Source of the DNA: Octopus sinensis
Taxonomy: Eukaryota
Direction of reading: 5' to 3'
Length of the DNA stretch: 64,000 bases
NCBI RefSeq assembly: GCF_006345805.1
Contig: NC_042997.1
Span: 51,956,001-52,020,000, forward strand
Shown: positions 63,773 through 64,000 of the stretch, in pieces
Layout of the letters: each line of letters opens with the position of its first letter
Position numbering within the stretch: the stretch's first letter is position 1
Program-made: the position numbers and the translations under genes
Notes under the pieces: generated by a model
The model's input: the letters and a program-made list of their open reading frames with translations, nothing else
Told to the model about the DNA's origin: nothing
Database searches by the model: none

Positions 63773-63821
63773 AAGATATATATATATAGGGTAGCGAATA
63801 TTCTTAGAAATTTCACCACCA

Positions 63822-63824
<3 letters not shown>
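63677..63824. repeat. Near-perfect 148-bp palindrome centred on (TA)n
   Basis: TACTGGTGGTGAAATTTCTAAGAATATTCGCTACCC...GGGTAGCGAATATTCTTAGAAATTTCACCACCAGTA. Confidence 0.95.
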
Positions 63825-63864
<40 letters not shown>

Positions 63865-63868
63865 ATAT

Positions 63869-63914
<46 letters not shown>

Positions 63915-64000
63915 ACGAAAAAAAACAAAAGACGAAGACAGGTGGTGAACAAAACAAACAGATGTATTAGTATAACGCTCAAAATAGAAAAAGTCTTTTA

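Overview
AT-rich, repeat-saturated animal genomic DNA. The SINE families, RTE LINE tails, dense (TA)n/(CA)n/(TACA)n microsatellites and TTAGGG repeats suggest a cephalopod, Octopus-like genome (inference). I found no host protein-coding gene; most ORFs in the track are microsatellite translations or transposon debris. Recognisable content: decayed LINEs (RTE, RTE-BovB, R4/Dong, Tx1/L1, CR1/L2), a near-complete decayed Penelope-like element (RT + GIY-YIG), a Gypsy integrase and LTR-like pieces, Tc1 and mariner remnants, piggyBac/hAT-type MITEs, non-autonomous Helitrons, three tRNA-derived SINE families, a D-arm-deleted tRNA-Gly(TCC) and one 100-N gap. The strongest signal is a set of small non-coding elements, several of them fold-backs, embedded in microsatellites and carrying minimal type I hammerhead-ribozyme-like motifs with palindromic stem III. 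Their core 3:8 pair appears to covary (C:G, G:C, U:A). Other notable items are a TIR element containing outward-facing telomeric repeats, a minisatellite born inside an RTE ORF, and a cluster of palindromes centred on (TA)n. All folds and alignments were done by eye, so coordinates of decayed elements are approximate.
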